From Pedobacter sp. (GTDB lineage Bacteria; Bacteroidota; Bacteroidia; Sphingobacteriales; Sphingobacteriaceae), in NCBI RefSeq assembly GCF_046462515.1, contig NZ_JBKGVD010000006.1, forward strand, positions 107,335-171,334: a stretch of DNA of 64,000 nt, given 5' to 3'. The notes beneath the pieces are model-generated. The model was not told where the DNA came from, searched no databases, and was given only the letters and a program-made list of their open reading frames with translations. The position numbers and the translations under genes were made by a program. Position 1 is the stretch's first letter, and each line of letters opens with the position of its first letter. Positions 54,874 to 62,782 of this stretch are shown one piece after another.

Positions 54874-56595
54874 TTAGTTAAACCAGTTCATTACTTCGTC
54901 TTTGGTAGGCATGGCTATTTCTAACTTAAGTTTTTTGCGCATACCACCTAAATCATTAAATACTTTATTAGGATTACCTGCTTTTAACTCTTCAACGGTG
55001 TTAAAACCCATTTTTCTGATTACAGGCACCCATTCTGCAGTTACACCTGCATCTACAAAATCCTGATCCGTAGTTATTTTAGCTTTTTTCTCAGGACGCA
55101 TTTGCGGGAAGAACAATACTTCTTGTATGGTACTTTGGTTGGTCATTAACATGACTAAACGGTCTATTCCAATTCCTAAACCTGAGGTAGGAGGCATGCC
55201 ATATTCTAAAGCGCGTACAAAATCATCGTCCATAGCCATAGCTTCATCATCGCCTCTTGCAGCTAATTTTAATTGCTCTTCAAAGCGTTCTTTCTGATCA
55301 ATAGGGTCATTCAATTCTGAATAAGCATTGGCTATTTCTTTACCGTTTACAAATAACTCAAAACGCTCTACCAAACCCTCTTTGCTGCGGTGTTTTTTAG
55401 CAAGAGGTGTCATTTCAATCGGGTAATCAGTAATGAAAGTAGGCTGTATAAGGTTGGCTTCAACTTTTTCACTAAATATTTCGTCAATCAGTTTGCCTCT
55501 GCCCATTGTATTGTCTATTTCAATACCCAGATTTTTACAGGTTTGAGCCAGTTCTGCTTCGTTCATGTTAGATATATCGATACCTGTATATTTCTGGATC
55601 GATTCATACATCGTTAAGCGCTCATATGGTCCTGAAAAATCAATATCATGTTTACCTACTTTTACTACTGGCGAATTGTGAATGGCCAATGCTACTTTTT
55701 CAAGACATTCTTCCACCATTTTCATCATCCACACATAATCTTTGTAAGCCACATAGATTTCCATTGAGGTAAACTCCGGATTGTGCGTTCTGTCCATTCC
55801 CTCGTTACGGAACATCTTACCAAATTCATATACCCCATCAAAACCAGCCACGATCAAACGTTTTAAGTAAAGCTCATTAGCTATACGTAAGAACAAAGGC
55901 ATATCTAAGGTATTGTGGTGTGTGGCAAATGGACGTGCCGCCGCACCACCATGTACGGCCTGTAAAATAGGCGTTTCTACTTCCATCCAGCCCTGGCTGT
56001 CAAAGTAGTTGCGCATGGTGTTGATCACTTTTGAGCGGTTGATGAAAATCTGCTTGTAATCAGGATTAACAGTCAAATCTACATAGCGCATGCGGTAACG
56101 TAGCTCAGGATCGGTAAATCCATCATATATATTGCCATCGTCATCGCGTTTTACTACCGGAAGTGGTTTTAATGATTTGGCTAAAACAGTTAAAGCAGTA
56201 ACGTGAACAGAAATCTCGCCGGTTTGTGTAGTAAACACATAACCTTTGATACCAATATAATCGCCAAGGTCTAAAAGCTTTTTGAAAACAGTATTGTATA
56301 AAGTTTTGTCTTCGCCCGGACAAAGATCATCACGTTTTAAATATAATTGAACACGCCCTGTACTATCCTGCAATTCGGCAAAAGATGCGCTACCCATAAT
56401 ACGGCGGGTCATTAATCTGCCTGCAATGCTGATATTCTTATAAGCTGTTTTATCTCTTTCGTAGTTTTCGTTAATGTCTGCGGCGTAAGCATTAATTTCA
56501 TATGCTTCGGCAGGATAGGGGTTAATACCCAGTTCGCGTAATTGTTTTAATGATTCGCGACGTAATATCTCCTGTTCTGAAAGTCCTAAACTCAT
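54874..56595 (-). CDS. lysS: Lysine--tRNA ligase (class II) with C-terminal extension
   Basis: EVETPIL, GGAAARPF, LRIANELYLKRL, FRNEGMDRTHNPEFT, YGMPPTSGLGIGIDRL. Confidence 0.98.
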   Translation of the reverse strand: MSLGLSEQEILRRESLKQLRELGINPYPAEAYEINAYAADINENYERDKTAYKNISIAGRLMTRRIMGSASFAELQDSTGRVQLYLKRDDLCPGEDKTLYNTVFKKLLDLGDYIGIKGYVFTTQTGEISVHVTALTVLAKSLKPLPVVKRDDDGNIYDGFTDPELRYRMRYVDLTVNPDYKQIFINRSKVINTMRNYFDSQGWMEVETPILQAVHGGAAARPFATHHNTLDMPLFLRIANELYLKRLIVAGFDGVYEFGKMFRNEGMDRTHNPEFTSMEIYVAYKDYVWMMKMVEECLEKVALAIHNSPVVKVGKHDIDFSGPYERLTMYESIQKYTGIDISNMNEAELAQTCKNLGIEIDNTMGRGKLIDEIFSEKVEANLIQPTFITDYPIEMTPLAKKHRSKEGLVERFELFVNGKEIANAYSELNDPIDQKERFEEQLKLAARGDDEAMAMDDDFVRALEYGMPPTSGLGIGIDRLVMLMTNQSTIQEVLFFPQMRPEKKAKITTDQDFVDAGVTAEWVPVIRKMGFNTVEELKAGNPNKVFNDLGGMRKKLKLEIAMPTKDEVMNWFN

Positions 56596-56693
56596 CTATA
56601 AAAATTTTTGCAAAAATAATAATTGTAGCTATAAAACACAGGGTTATAGCAATTTTAATTTGCTTTTAAAAGCGAAAAATATCGGGCTAAAAA

Positions 56694-57293
56694 CTATTTT
56701 GGTTCGTTAAACTGGTTGTTTATACGCTCAAATTTATCTATGAGCAAAGTAATGCGTTCCTTATCTTTTTTGATAACGGCTTTCCTTACCAGTGTAGAGC
56801 AAAACACAACCCATCCAAAAGTAATTACCCAAGTAAGGATCTGCATCGGTATGCTCATCATCATCAGTATTTCAAAGAAATAAAGGATCATCCCAATTGA
56901 TAGGGCTATCATATAAAACCAGTATAATTTACTATAAATTTTATATCGTTGTATCTGGTAACTTTTTAGATCTGCAATAAAGTCGGCCGGATGCCTGGTA
57001 AAATCGGTATTGGTTAAAGTTTTATAGTTTCTGTATAAGATAAAGGTATAGATAGCTATGGCCAGAATTACAATACTTATGCCTATATGGGTAGTAATGG
57101 ATTTAAAATCAAAAAAGAGCCATAATACAGCAATAGCTATGATTGAAAGCGTCATGCCTGCAATAGTTAATAGTGATTTGGTCTTAATGCTGTTTACCTC
57201 TTTCTTAGCCTGTTTCAGCATTTCATCGGCAGATATTTTAACATCAACGTTATGCTGAGCCCAAATTGCTTCTATGTGATCAAATTCTTGCAT
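56694..57293 (-). CDS. Membrane protein, putative anti-sigma factor (four TM helices)
   Basis: Overlaps the ECF sigma stop; short N-terminal Trp-containing helix, then four hydrophobic helices. Confidence 0.75.
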   Translation of the reverse strand: MQEFDHIEAIWAQHNVDVKISADEMLKQAKKEVNSIKTKSLLTIAGMTLSIIAIAVLWLFFDFKSITTHIGISIVILAIAIYTFILYRNYKTLTNTDFTRHPADFIADLKSYQIQRYKIYSKLYWFYMIALSIGMILYFFEILMMMSIPMQILTWVITFGWVVFCSTLVRKAVIKKDKERITLLIDKFERINNQFNEPK

Positions 57294-57777
57294 GTTGATT
57301 ATAAATTTCGGTAAGTTTTTGTTTGATACGATGGATTTTTACTCTCAGATTGCCTTCACTAATACCTGATATTTCTGCAATTTCATTGTAAGGCAGCTCA
57401 TCTAAAACCATGGTAATAATTAAACGGTCATTCTCTTCTAACTTAGCAATAGATTTATACAATAAAGCTATCTGTTCATTCTTTTCAGAATATTCTTCTA
57501 CTCTGTTCTCAATAATATTATCAGTTAATTCGTCTTTAGACTGTCTTTTTTCTGAACGCAGATAAGTTAAACATGTGTTTACGGCAATACGGTAAATCCA
57601 GGTTGATATCAGTGATTTGTTTCTGAATTTATCTAAGTTCTGCCAAACTTTTAAAAACGTTTCCTGTAATAGGTCATTAGCCGCATCCTTATCGCCGGTA
57701 TAACCGTAACAGAGGTGAAAAATCTTCTTGGAATTCTTGTCAAAAATTTCTTTAAAAAGCTGATCTTTTAAGTCCAT
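57280..57777 (-). CDS. ECF RNA polymerase sigma factor
   Basis: DLLQETFLKVW, STWIYRIAVN, YNEIAEISGISEGNLRVKIHR. Confidence 0.95.
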   Translation of the reverse strand: MDLKDQLFKEIFDKNSKKIFHLCYGYTGDKDAANDLLQETFLKVWQNLDKFRNKSLISTWIYRIAVNTCLTYLRSEKRQSKDELTDNIIENRVEEYSEKNEQIALLYKSIAKLEENDRLIITMVLDELPYNEIAEISGISEGNLRVKIHRIKQKLTEIYNQHARI

Positions 57778-57994
57778 TTATAGGATTGGGTGTATACATT
57801 AGAATAAAGCTCACATAAATTGTTACAAGCTTTATTGCCCGTCTAATATAATAAATGTTTGCTTGCTAAAGCCAAATAATTATTTTTGTCAAATTCATTG
57901 CACAGGTACTGAGCTATTAAATCTTTATCAGCAAGAATAAAAAAGAAGACAGACAATTAAGAAGAAGCCCCTTTACACTAACTAAAACTAAAAA

Positions 57995-59416
57995 ATGAAA
58001 AAATCTCGGATCGGTTTTATTACTTTAATTGCCGTTACTATTGCGATCATCATTACCTTATTAAAAGAATTTGGCCTGGTAGCAGTTCCTGAACAAATGA
58101 TGATGGCTACCCGTTGGGTTCTGGCCATTATTTTGGTTGTGCATGCATTTGTTAAGAAAAACTTAACCACATGGATTTTGACCTGTATGCTGCTGGGGAT
58201 TTTTCTGGGTGTAGATTTTCCTGGTCTTGCCATTGCTTTCCAACCATTAAGTAAAGGTTTTATCAAACTGGTTAAAACCATTGTAGGACCTATTTTATTT
58301 GCAACATTGGTATATGGTATTGCTGGGCATTCTGATTTAAAGCAGGTAGGTAGAATGGCATGGAAATCAATGCTGTATTTCTATTGTGCTACTACCATGG
58401 CTTTATTTATAGGTTTGGCTGCCATTAACCTTTCTAAAGCAGGTGTTGGCGTGGACGTAAGTAAAATGGCTCACGAAGAATTGCCTAAAGCACCTGTAAA
58501 TACTGCTGATGTTAAATTATTAGAGCATATACCTGATTCGGTACACTGGGTGTATAAAACTTTCTCTTTTTTCAGGGATATTTTTCCTGAAAATATTGTA
58601 AAAGCAGTTTACGAGGCACAGGTATTACAGATTGTAATTTTTGCCGTACTGTTTGGTATAGGCTTGGCTATGGTTGAAGAAAAGAAAAGAAAACCCTTGG
58701 TAGATTTCTGCGAAAGTCTTTCAGAAACCATGTTCAAGTTTACCAACCTGATTATGTATTTTGCGCCAATAGGCGTAGGCGCGGCAATGGCTTATACGGT
58801 TGGGCATATGGGGGTTGATATTTTAAAACACCTTTTTATGTTGGTAGCAACCTTATATTTAGCCTTAATAGCTTTCTTATTACTGGTACTTTTACCTGTT
58901 GCCTTATACCTGAAAATACCTGTATTGAAATTCATCAATGCGGTTAAAGAACCGGTTTCTATTGCATTTGCCACAACCAGTTCTGATGCAGCTTTACCTA
59001 AGGCCATGAGCGCTATGGAAAAATTTGGCGTTCCGCGTAAAATTGTATCGTTTGTAATTCCAACAGGTTATAGCTTTAATCTTGATGGTACAACTTTATA
59101 CCTTTCTTTAGCTTCAATTTTTGTGGCGCAGGCTGCAGGCATGCATTTATCATTTGGTCAGCAATTAATTATTGTGTTTACTTTGATGATTACCAGTAAA
59201 GGTGTTGCTGCTATACCAAGAGCATCTTTAATTATTTTAATTGCAACGGCCGATCAGTTTGGACTGCCTACTTATATTATTGCGGCCATTTTGGGCGTTG
59301 ATGAGTTGATGGATATGGCCAGAACATCTGTTAACGTAATAGGAAACTGTTTGGCAACAGTGGTAATAGCCAAATGGGAAGGTGAGTTTGATGAAGAAGC
59401 GCTAAACGCTGCTTAA
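57995..59416 (+). CDS. Dicarboxylate/amino-acid:cation symporter (DAACS; GltP/DctA-like)
   Basis: AFATTSSDAALP, PTGYSFNLDG, SKGVAAIP, MDMARTSVNVIGN. Confidence 0.95.
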   Translation: MKKSRIGFITLIAVTIAIIITLLKEFGLVAVPEQMMMATRWVLAIILVVHAFVKKNLTTWILTCMLLGIFLGVDFPGLAIAFQPLSKGFIKLVKTIVGPILFATLVYGIAGHSDLKQVGRMAWKSMLYFYCATTMALFIGLAAINLSKAGVGVDVSKMAHEELPKAPVNTADVKLLEHIPDSVHWVYKTFSFFRDIFPENIVKAVYEAQVLQIVIFAVLFGIGLAMVEEKKRKPLVDFCESLSETMFKFTNLIMYFAPIGVGAAMAYTVGHMGVDILKHLFMLVATLYLALIAFLLLVLLPVALYLKIPVLKFINAVKEPVSIAFATTSSDAALPKAMSAMEKFGVPRKIVSFVIPTGYSFNLDGTTLYLSLASIFVAQAAGMHLSFGQQLIIVFTLMITSKGVAAIPRASLIILIATADQFGLPTYIIAAILGVDELMDMARTSVNVIGNCLATVVIAKWEGEFDEEALNAA

Positions 59417-59426
59417 TACAGATAGA

Positions 59427-59930
59427 ATGACAACAAAAGGGAAAAAAATATTTTTAATCTTATCGGTAGTTGTACCATTTATTATTTACAGTATTATCTA
59501 CTATGCACCTATTATCAGGAATGCACCGTTCAAAGCAAAAGAATTTGTGTCTTTTGAATATAAATGGGGTGTAGGCGATAGCCTTGAAAATTCTTATAAT
59601 TCGGCAACAGGCGTTTACAGATATGTAAATAACAATGACTCTGTTGTGGTTAAACACATTAAATTTAACACACAGGATTTTAATTATCTGGATAGCGTAG
59701 CTCATATACAGGGTTTTTGGAATTTACCTGGGCAGATAGCCAATGGTGAAGATGATCTTAAAAATCCTAAGGCCTTAAAATACTATATGAAATTTAACTA
59801 CCAGAGAAAATCTAAAGAAGTTACTTTTTATCCCGATTTTAATGGCAACCCTAAATTAAAGAGCGCTGCCGTTCAGGTACAGAAAACACTGGAGCAAATG
59901 TTAAATGATGCTGAACGTAAGGTAGATTAG
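59427..59930 (+). CDS. Membrane-anchored hypothetical protein (paralogue 1)
   Basis: N-terminal TM helix; FEYKWGVGDSLENSYNSATGVYRY. Confidence 0.82.
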   Translation: MTTKGKKIFLILSVVVPFIIYSIIYYAPIIRNAPFKAKEFVSFEYKWGVGDSLENSYNSATGVYRYVNNNDSVVVKHIKFNTQDFNYLDSVAHIQGFWNLPGQIANGEDDLKNPKALKYYMKFNYQRKSKEVTFYPDFNGNPKLKSAAVQVQKTLEQMLNDAERKVD

Positions 59931-59932
59931 TA

Positions 59933-60448
59933 ATGGAAAAGAAAAAAGGTAAGATCAATTTACGGTTAATAGGAGGCATATCTGTACTTGCTATTGTTGT
60001 TATGGCCATTTATTTCTTTTTGCAGATTAAGAAGAATGCCAACACTTCGGCTTCATTTATTTCATTAGATTATAGCTGGGGAATAGGAGACAGCCTGCAA
60101 AATCATTACAGTTCTGTTAGTGGAACATATCGTTACTTAGATCAAAGAGACCGCTTAATTAATAAAGTTTTTAAGTTGAGAAGTTATAATATCATTTATC
60201 TAAATAGTAAAATCAACCAGGAAGACTTGTTTAATATTCCGGATACCTTGATAAATAAAGGCGATTCGGTACATAACGATAAGGTGTTACGTTATGAAAT
60301 GGATTTTAAATATGAAAAACAGCACAAGAAAATTGTTTTTATGAGTAATTATCATGAAAACCCTGTGTACCTGGAGCGAGCTATAAAGTTACAGAAGCTG
60401 GTTGAGCAAATGGTAAATGAAGCCGAACAGAGATCTAGTAAAAATTAG
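59933..60448 (+). CDS. Membrane-anchored hypothetical protein (paralogue 2)
   Basis: N-terminal TM helix; LDYSWGIGDSLQNHYSSVSGTYRY. Confidence 0.82.
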   Translation: MEKKKGKINLRLIGGISVLAIVVMAIYFFLQIKKNANTSASFISLDYSWGIGDSLQNHYSSVSGTYRYLDQRDRLINKVFKLRSYNIIYLNSKINQEDLFNIPDTLINKGDSVHNDKVLRYEMDFKYEKQHKKIVFMSNYHENPVYLERAIKLQKLVEQMVNEAEQRSSKN

Positions 60449-60465
60449 TTACCCATAAAAGGCAT

Positions 60466-60498
60466 AAGCCCTGACATTGAATATGTTGGGGCTTTTTT
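60466..60498 (+). terminator. Rho-independent terminator
   Basis: AAGCCCTGACAT-TGAAT-ATGTTGGGGCTT plus T-tract. Confidence 0.75.
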
Positions 60499-60542
60499 AT
60501 TTTCAGCTAAAAAGCATCTTTATTAAAAAGATATTTTTATAT

Positions 60543-60559
60543 TTACGATTATTTCGTAA
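60543..60559. promoter_or_regulatory. Candidate BlaI operator
   Basis: TTACGA-TTATT-TCGTAA palindrome 6 nt before the blaI ATG. Confidence 0.6.
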
Positions 60560-60565
60560 TTAAAA

Positions 60566-60928
60566 ATGGAAAAGTTAACTATACAGGAAGAAGAAGCAAT
60601 GCTGGCTGTTTGGCAGGTAGGGCCAGGTTTTATCAAAGATTTTATGGATGTAATGCCAGAACCTAAACCACCTTATACTACTTTGGCTTCTACCGTTAAA
60701 AATCTTGAGCGTAAAGGCTTTTTAAAAGGTGAGCGTTATGCCAATGCCATTCGTTACAGTGCAGCAGTAAAAGAAGCAGAGTATAAAAAGCGCTTTATGA
60801 ATGGCTTTGTAAATAACTATTTCCAAAGTTCATACAAAGAACTGGTTGCGTTTTTTGCCAAAGACAAAAAAATAAGTGCTAAAGAGCTAAAAGAGATTAT
60901 TGAATTAATTGAAAAATCTGAACAATAA
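60566..60928 (+). CDS. BlaI/MecI/CopY-family transcriptional repressor
   Basis: LTIQEEEAMLAVW, KPPYTTLASTVKNLERKGF, YFQSSYKELVAFF. Confidence 0.93.
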   Translation: MEKLTIQEEEAMLAVWQVGPGFIKDFMDVMPEPKPPYTTLASTVKNLERKGFLKGERYANAIRYSAAVKEAEYKKRFMNGFVNNYFQSSYKELVAFFAKDKKISAKELKEIIELIEKSEQ

Positions 60929-60931
60929 GTT

Positions 60932-62452
60932 ATGCCACATTTGTTCCTTTTGCTTGTTAAAATAAATCTGGTGCTGCTTGTATTTGCTGCAACTTATTAT
61001 TTTTGGTTGCGCAAGCTTACTTTTTATGTCATTAACCGTGTATTTCTCTTATTCGGGATCTTTTTTTCTACTTTATATCCTTTTGTAGATCTGACGGAAT
61101 TTTTTTATAGGCAGAATCTCGATCGTAAATTGCAGGATTATGTTCCTAATTTAAGCAATGTGGGCCAGAAAATTGAGCATACGCCATGGATAAACGATTT
61201 TTGGAATGTATTGAGCCTGATATTTTTCGTGGGTGTATTTGCAATGGCTGTACGTTTTGCTGCACAGCTTTTTTCTTTATACAGAATTCATGGTAAAAGC
61301 CATAAAGGTATGCTAAATAATTATCCTGTGAGAATACTTGCTGAAGATGTGAGCCCTTTCTCATTTTGGAAAAGCATATACATAAACCCAAAATTGCATC
61401 GTAAGGAGCAGCTTGAAGCCATTTTGGCACATGAACATATACACGTAAAGCAATTACATACGGTTGATATTTTACTGGCCGAGCTGAGCGTTGTTTTTTA
61501 CTGGTTTAACCCAGGTGTATGGTTAATGAAAAAGGCTGTAAAAGAAAACCTTGAATTTATTACCGATAAGAGGATCATTAGCAACGGTATAGATCGTAAA
61601 CGTTACCAATACAGCTTACTTGATGTGGGGCAAATGCAACATTCTGTGCAGTTCGTTAATAATTTTAACTTGTCAGATTTGAAACAAAGGATTAAGATGA
61701 TGAATGCACGCCCATCGTCTAAACTGAAATTAAGTCTGTATGTACTGATATTACCTGTTATATTGGTTACCACGTTGGCTTTTACCATATCTAAAAAAGA
61801 AATGGTTAAGTCTTTAGCTCCCGTAAGCAATATGATCAAGCAGATCAATTTAAATCCCGTTTTAGATCAACCACAAACAGTAAAAGATAATTTGCGACCT
61901 GCTATAGCTAAAAAATCAAGTAAACCTGTGCAAGAAGCAGTTGGGCATACAATTTTAGCAGCATTGCGTACAGATCTCAATACAACAGATTCATTGAAAG
62001 GAACCCCAAACCAGAAAGAGGTGAAATTGTACGGTAACGCTCGTAAACCTGTACAGAAAATTAGCAGCATACTTTCTTTTCAAGCAAGGCTTATATACAT
62101 TAATGACAACGAAGAACGTAACAACAACGGTGAGCAGGATAAGAATGATGCAGATGAGAAGAAGGTTGTAATGGTTAAAGGCTACAGAGTTCCTGTAAAC
62201 AAAGAAGAGGGTGTTCCAGATAAAGTTAATATTATAGCTGTGGCTTCTAAAAATGTACCTCAAGATAAAGTAAATACCATAGCAAAAATAATTAAAGAAG
62301 AAGGAGTTGATTTTTTTGTTAAGGGTGTTAAAGTTAACGAGGGTGAAGTTAAAAGGCTCAATATCGAAGATATTAAATCTGTTACTGTGGTTAAAAAAGA
62401 AGAACCTGTTAAAGTTGGTGGAATTTATATAGAAACGAAGCAACCGCAATAA
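60932..62452 (+). CDS. M56 (BlaR1-like) membrane metallopeptidase / signal transducer
   Basis: TM helices; SPFSF; zincin motif HEHIH; WFNPGVW; LEFITD; LKQRIKMM. Confidence 0.92.
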   Translation: MPHLFLLLVKINLVLLVFAATYYFWLRKLTFYVINRVFLLFGIFFSTLYPFVDLTEFFYRQNLDRKLQDYVPNLSNVGQKIEHTPWINDFWNVLSLIFFVGVFAMAVRFAAQLFSLYRIHGKSHKGMLNNYPVRILAEDVSPFSFWKSIYINPKLHRKEQLEAILAHEHIHVKQLHTVDILLAELSVVFYWFNPGVWLMKKAVKENLEFITDKRIISNGIDRKRYQYSLLDVGQMQHSVQFVNNFNLSDLKQRIKMMNARPSSKLKLSLYVLILPVILVTTLAFTISKKEMVKSLAPVSNMIKQINLNPVLDQPQTVKDNLRPAIAKKSSKPVQEAVGHTILAALRTDLNTTDSLKGTPNQKEVKLYGNARKPVQKISSILSFQARLIYINDNEERNNNGEQDKNDADEKKVVMVKGYRVPVNKEEGVPDKVNIIAVASKNVPQDKVNTIAKIIKEEGVDFFVKGVKVNEGEVKRLNIEDIKSVTVVKKEEPVKVGGIYIETKQPQ

Positions 62453-62471
62453 ATCATTAAAAATAAATAGT

Positions 62472-62503
62472 AAAAAAGGCTTCCTGAACAGGAAGCCTTT
62501 TTT
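62472..62503 (+). terminator. Rho-independent terminator
   Basis: AAAAAAGGCTTCCTG-AA-CAGGAAGCCTTTTTT. Confidence 0.85.
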
Positions 62504-62554
62504 GTTTGTGTGTTATTCTAAATTGATGTTTTTTCTCTGATTGGTTATTGATAT

Positions 62555-62581
62555 AGACTCTGAAACGAGTTCAGGGTGACG
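62555..62581. repeat. Single GACG-tailed REP-like hairpin
   Basis: AG-ACTCTGAA-ACGAG-TTCAGGGT-GACG, near-identical to 36424-36450. Confidence 0.75.
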
Positions 62582-62659
62582 TAAATTTTATGATCAAAGT
62601 AAATAGTGATTTGTGAGGTTGGCTACGCAAAGCTAGGAAGTCTAAATTGTTGCTTTTTG

Positions 62660-62725
62660 TGTCAGGCTGAGCTTGTCGAAGCCTATATGTAAGGGCTTTT
62701 ATATTTCGACAAGCCCAATATGACA
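62660..62725. repeat. Second REP-like family, inverted doublet (TGTC...GACA)
   Basis: TGTCAGGCTGAGCTTGTCGAA ... TTCGACAAGCCCAATATGACA. Confidence 0.7.
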
Positions 62726-62782
62726 ATAACAGTTTCATGTAACAATGAGAGGTTTAAACTTAATTGTTACTTTTTACTTTAC

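Noticed and set aside
2423..62449. Many short ORFs antisense to or nested in recognised genes (e.g. 2423-2824, 14823-15200, 35705-36232, 47787-48128, 61991-62449)
   Set aside because: They overlap well-supported CDSs, show no recognisable motifs and have shadow-frame composition.
19041..62725. REP-like palindromes considered as CRISPR repeats or IS ends
   Set aside because: The copies are dispersed, not arrayed with unique spacers. There are no cas or transposase genes and no clear target-site duplications.
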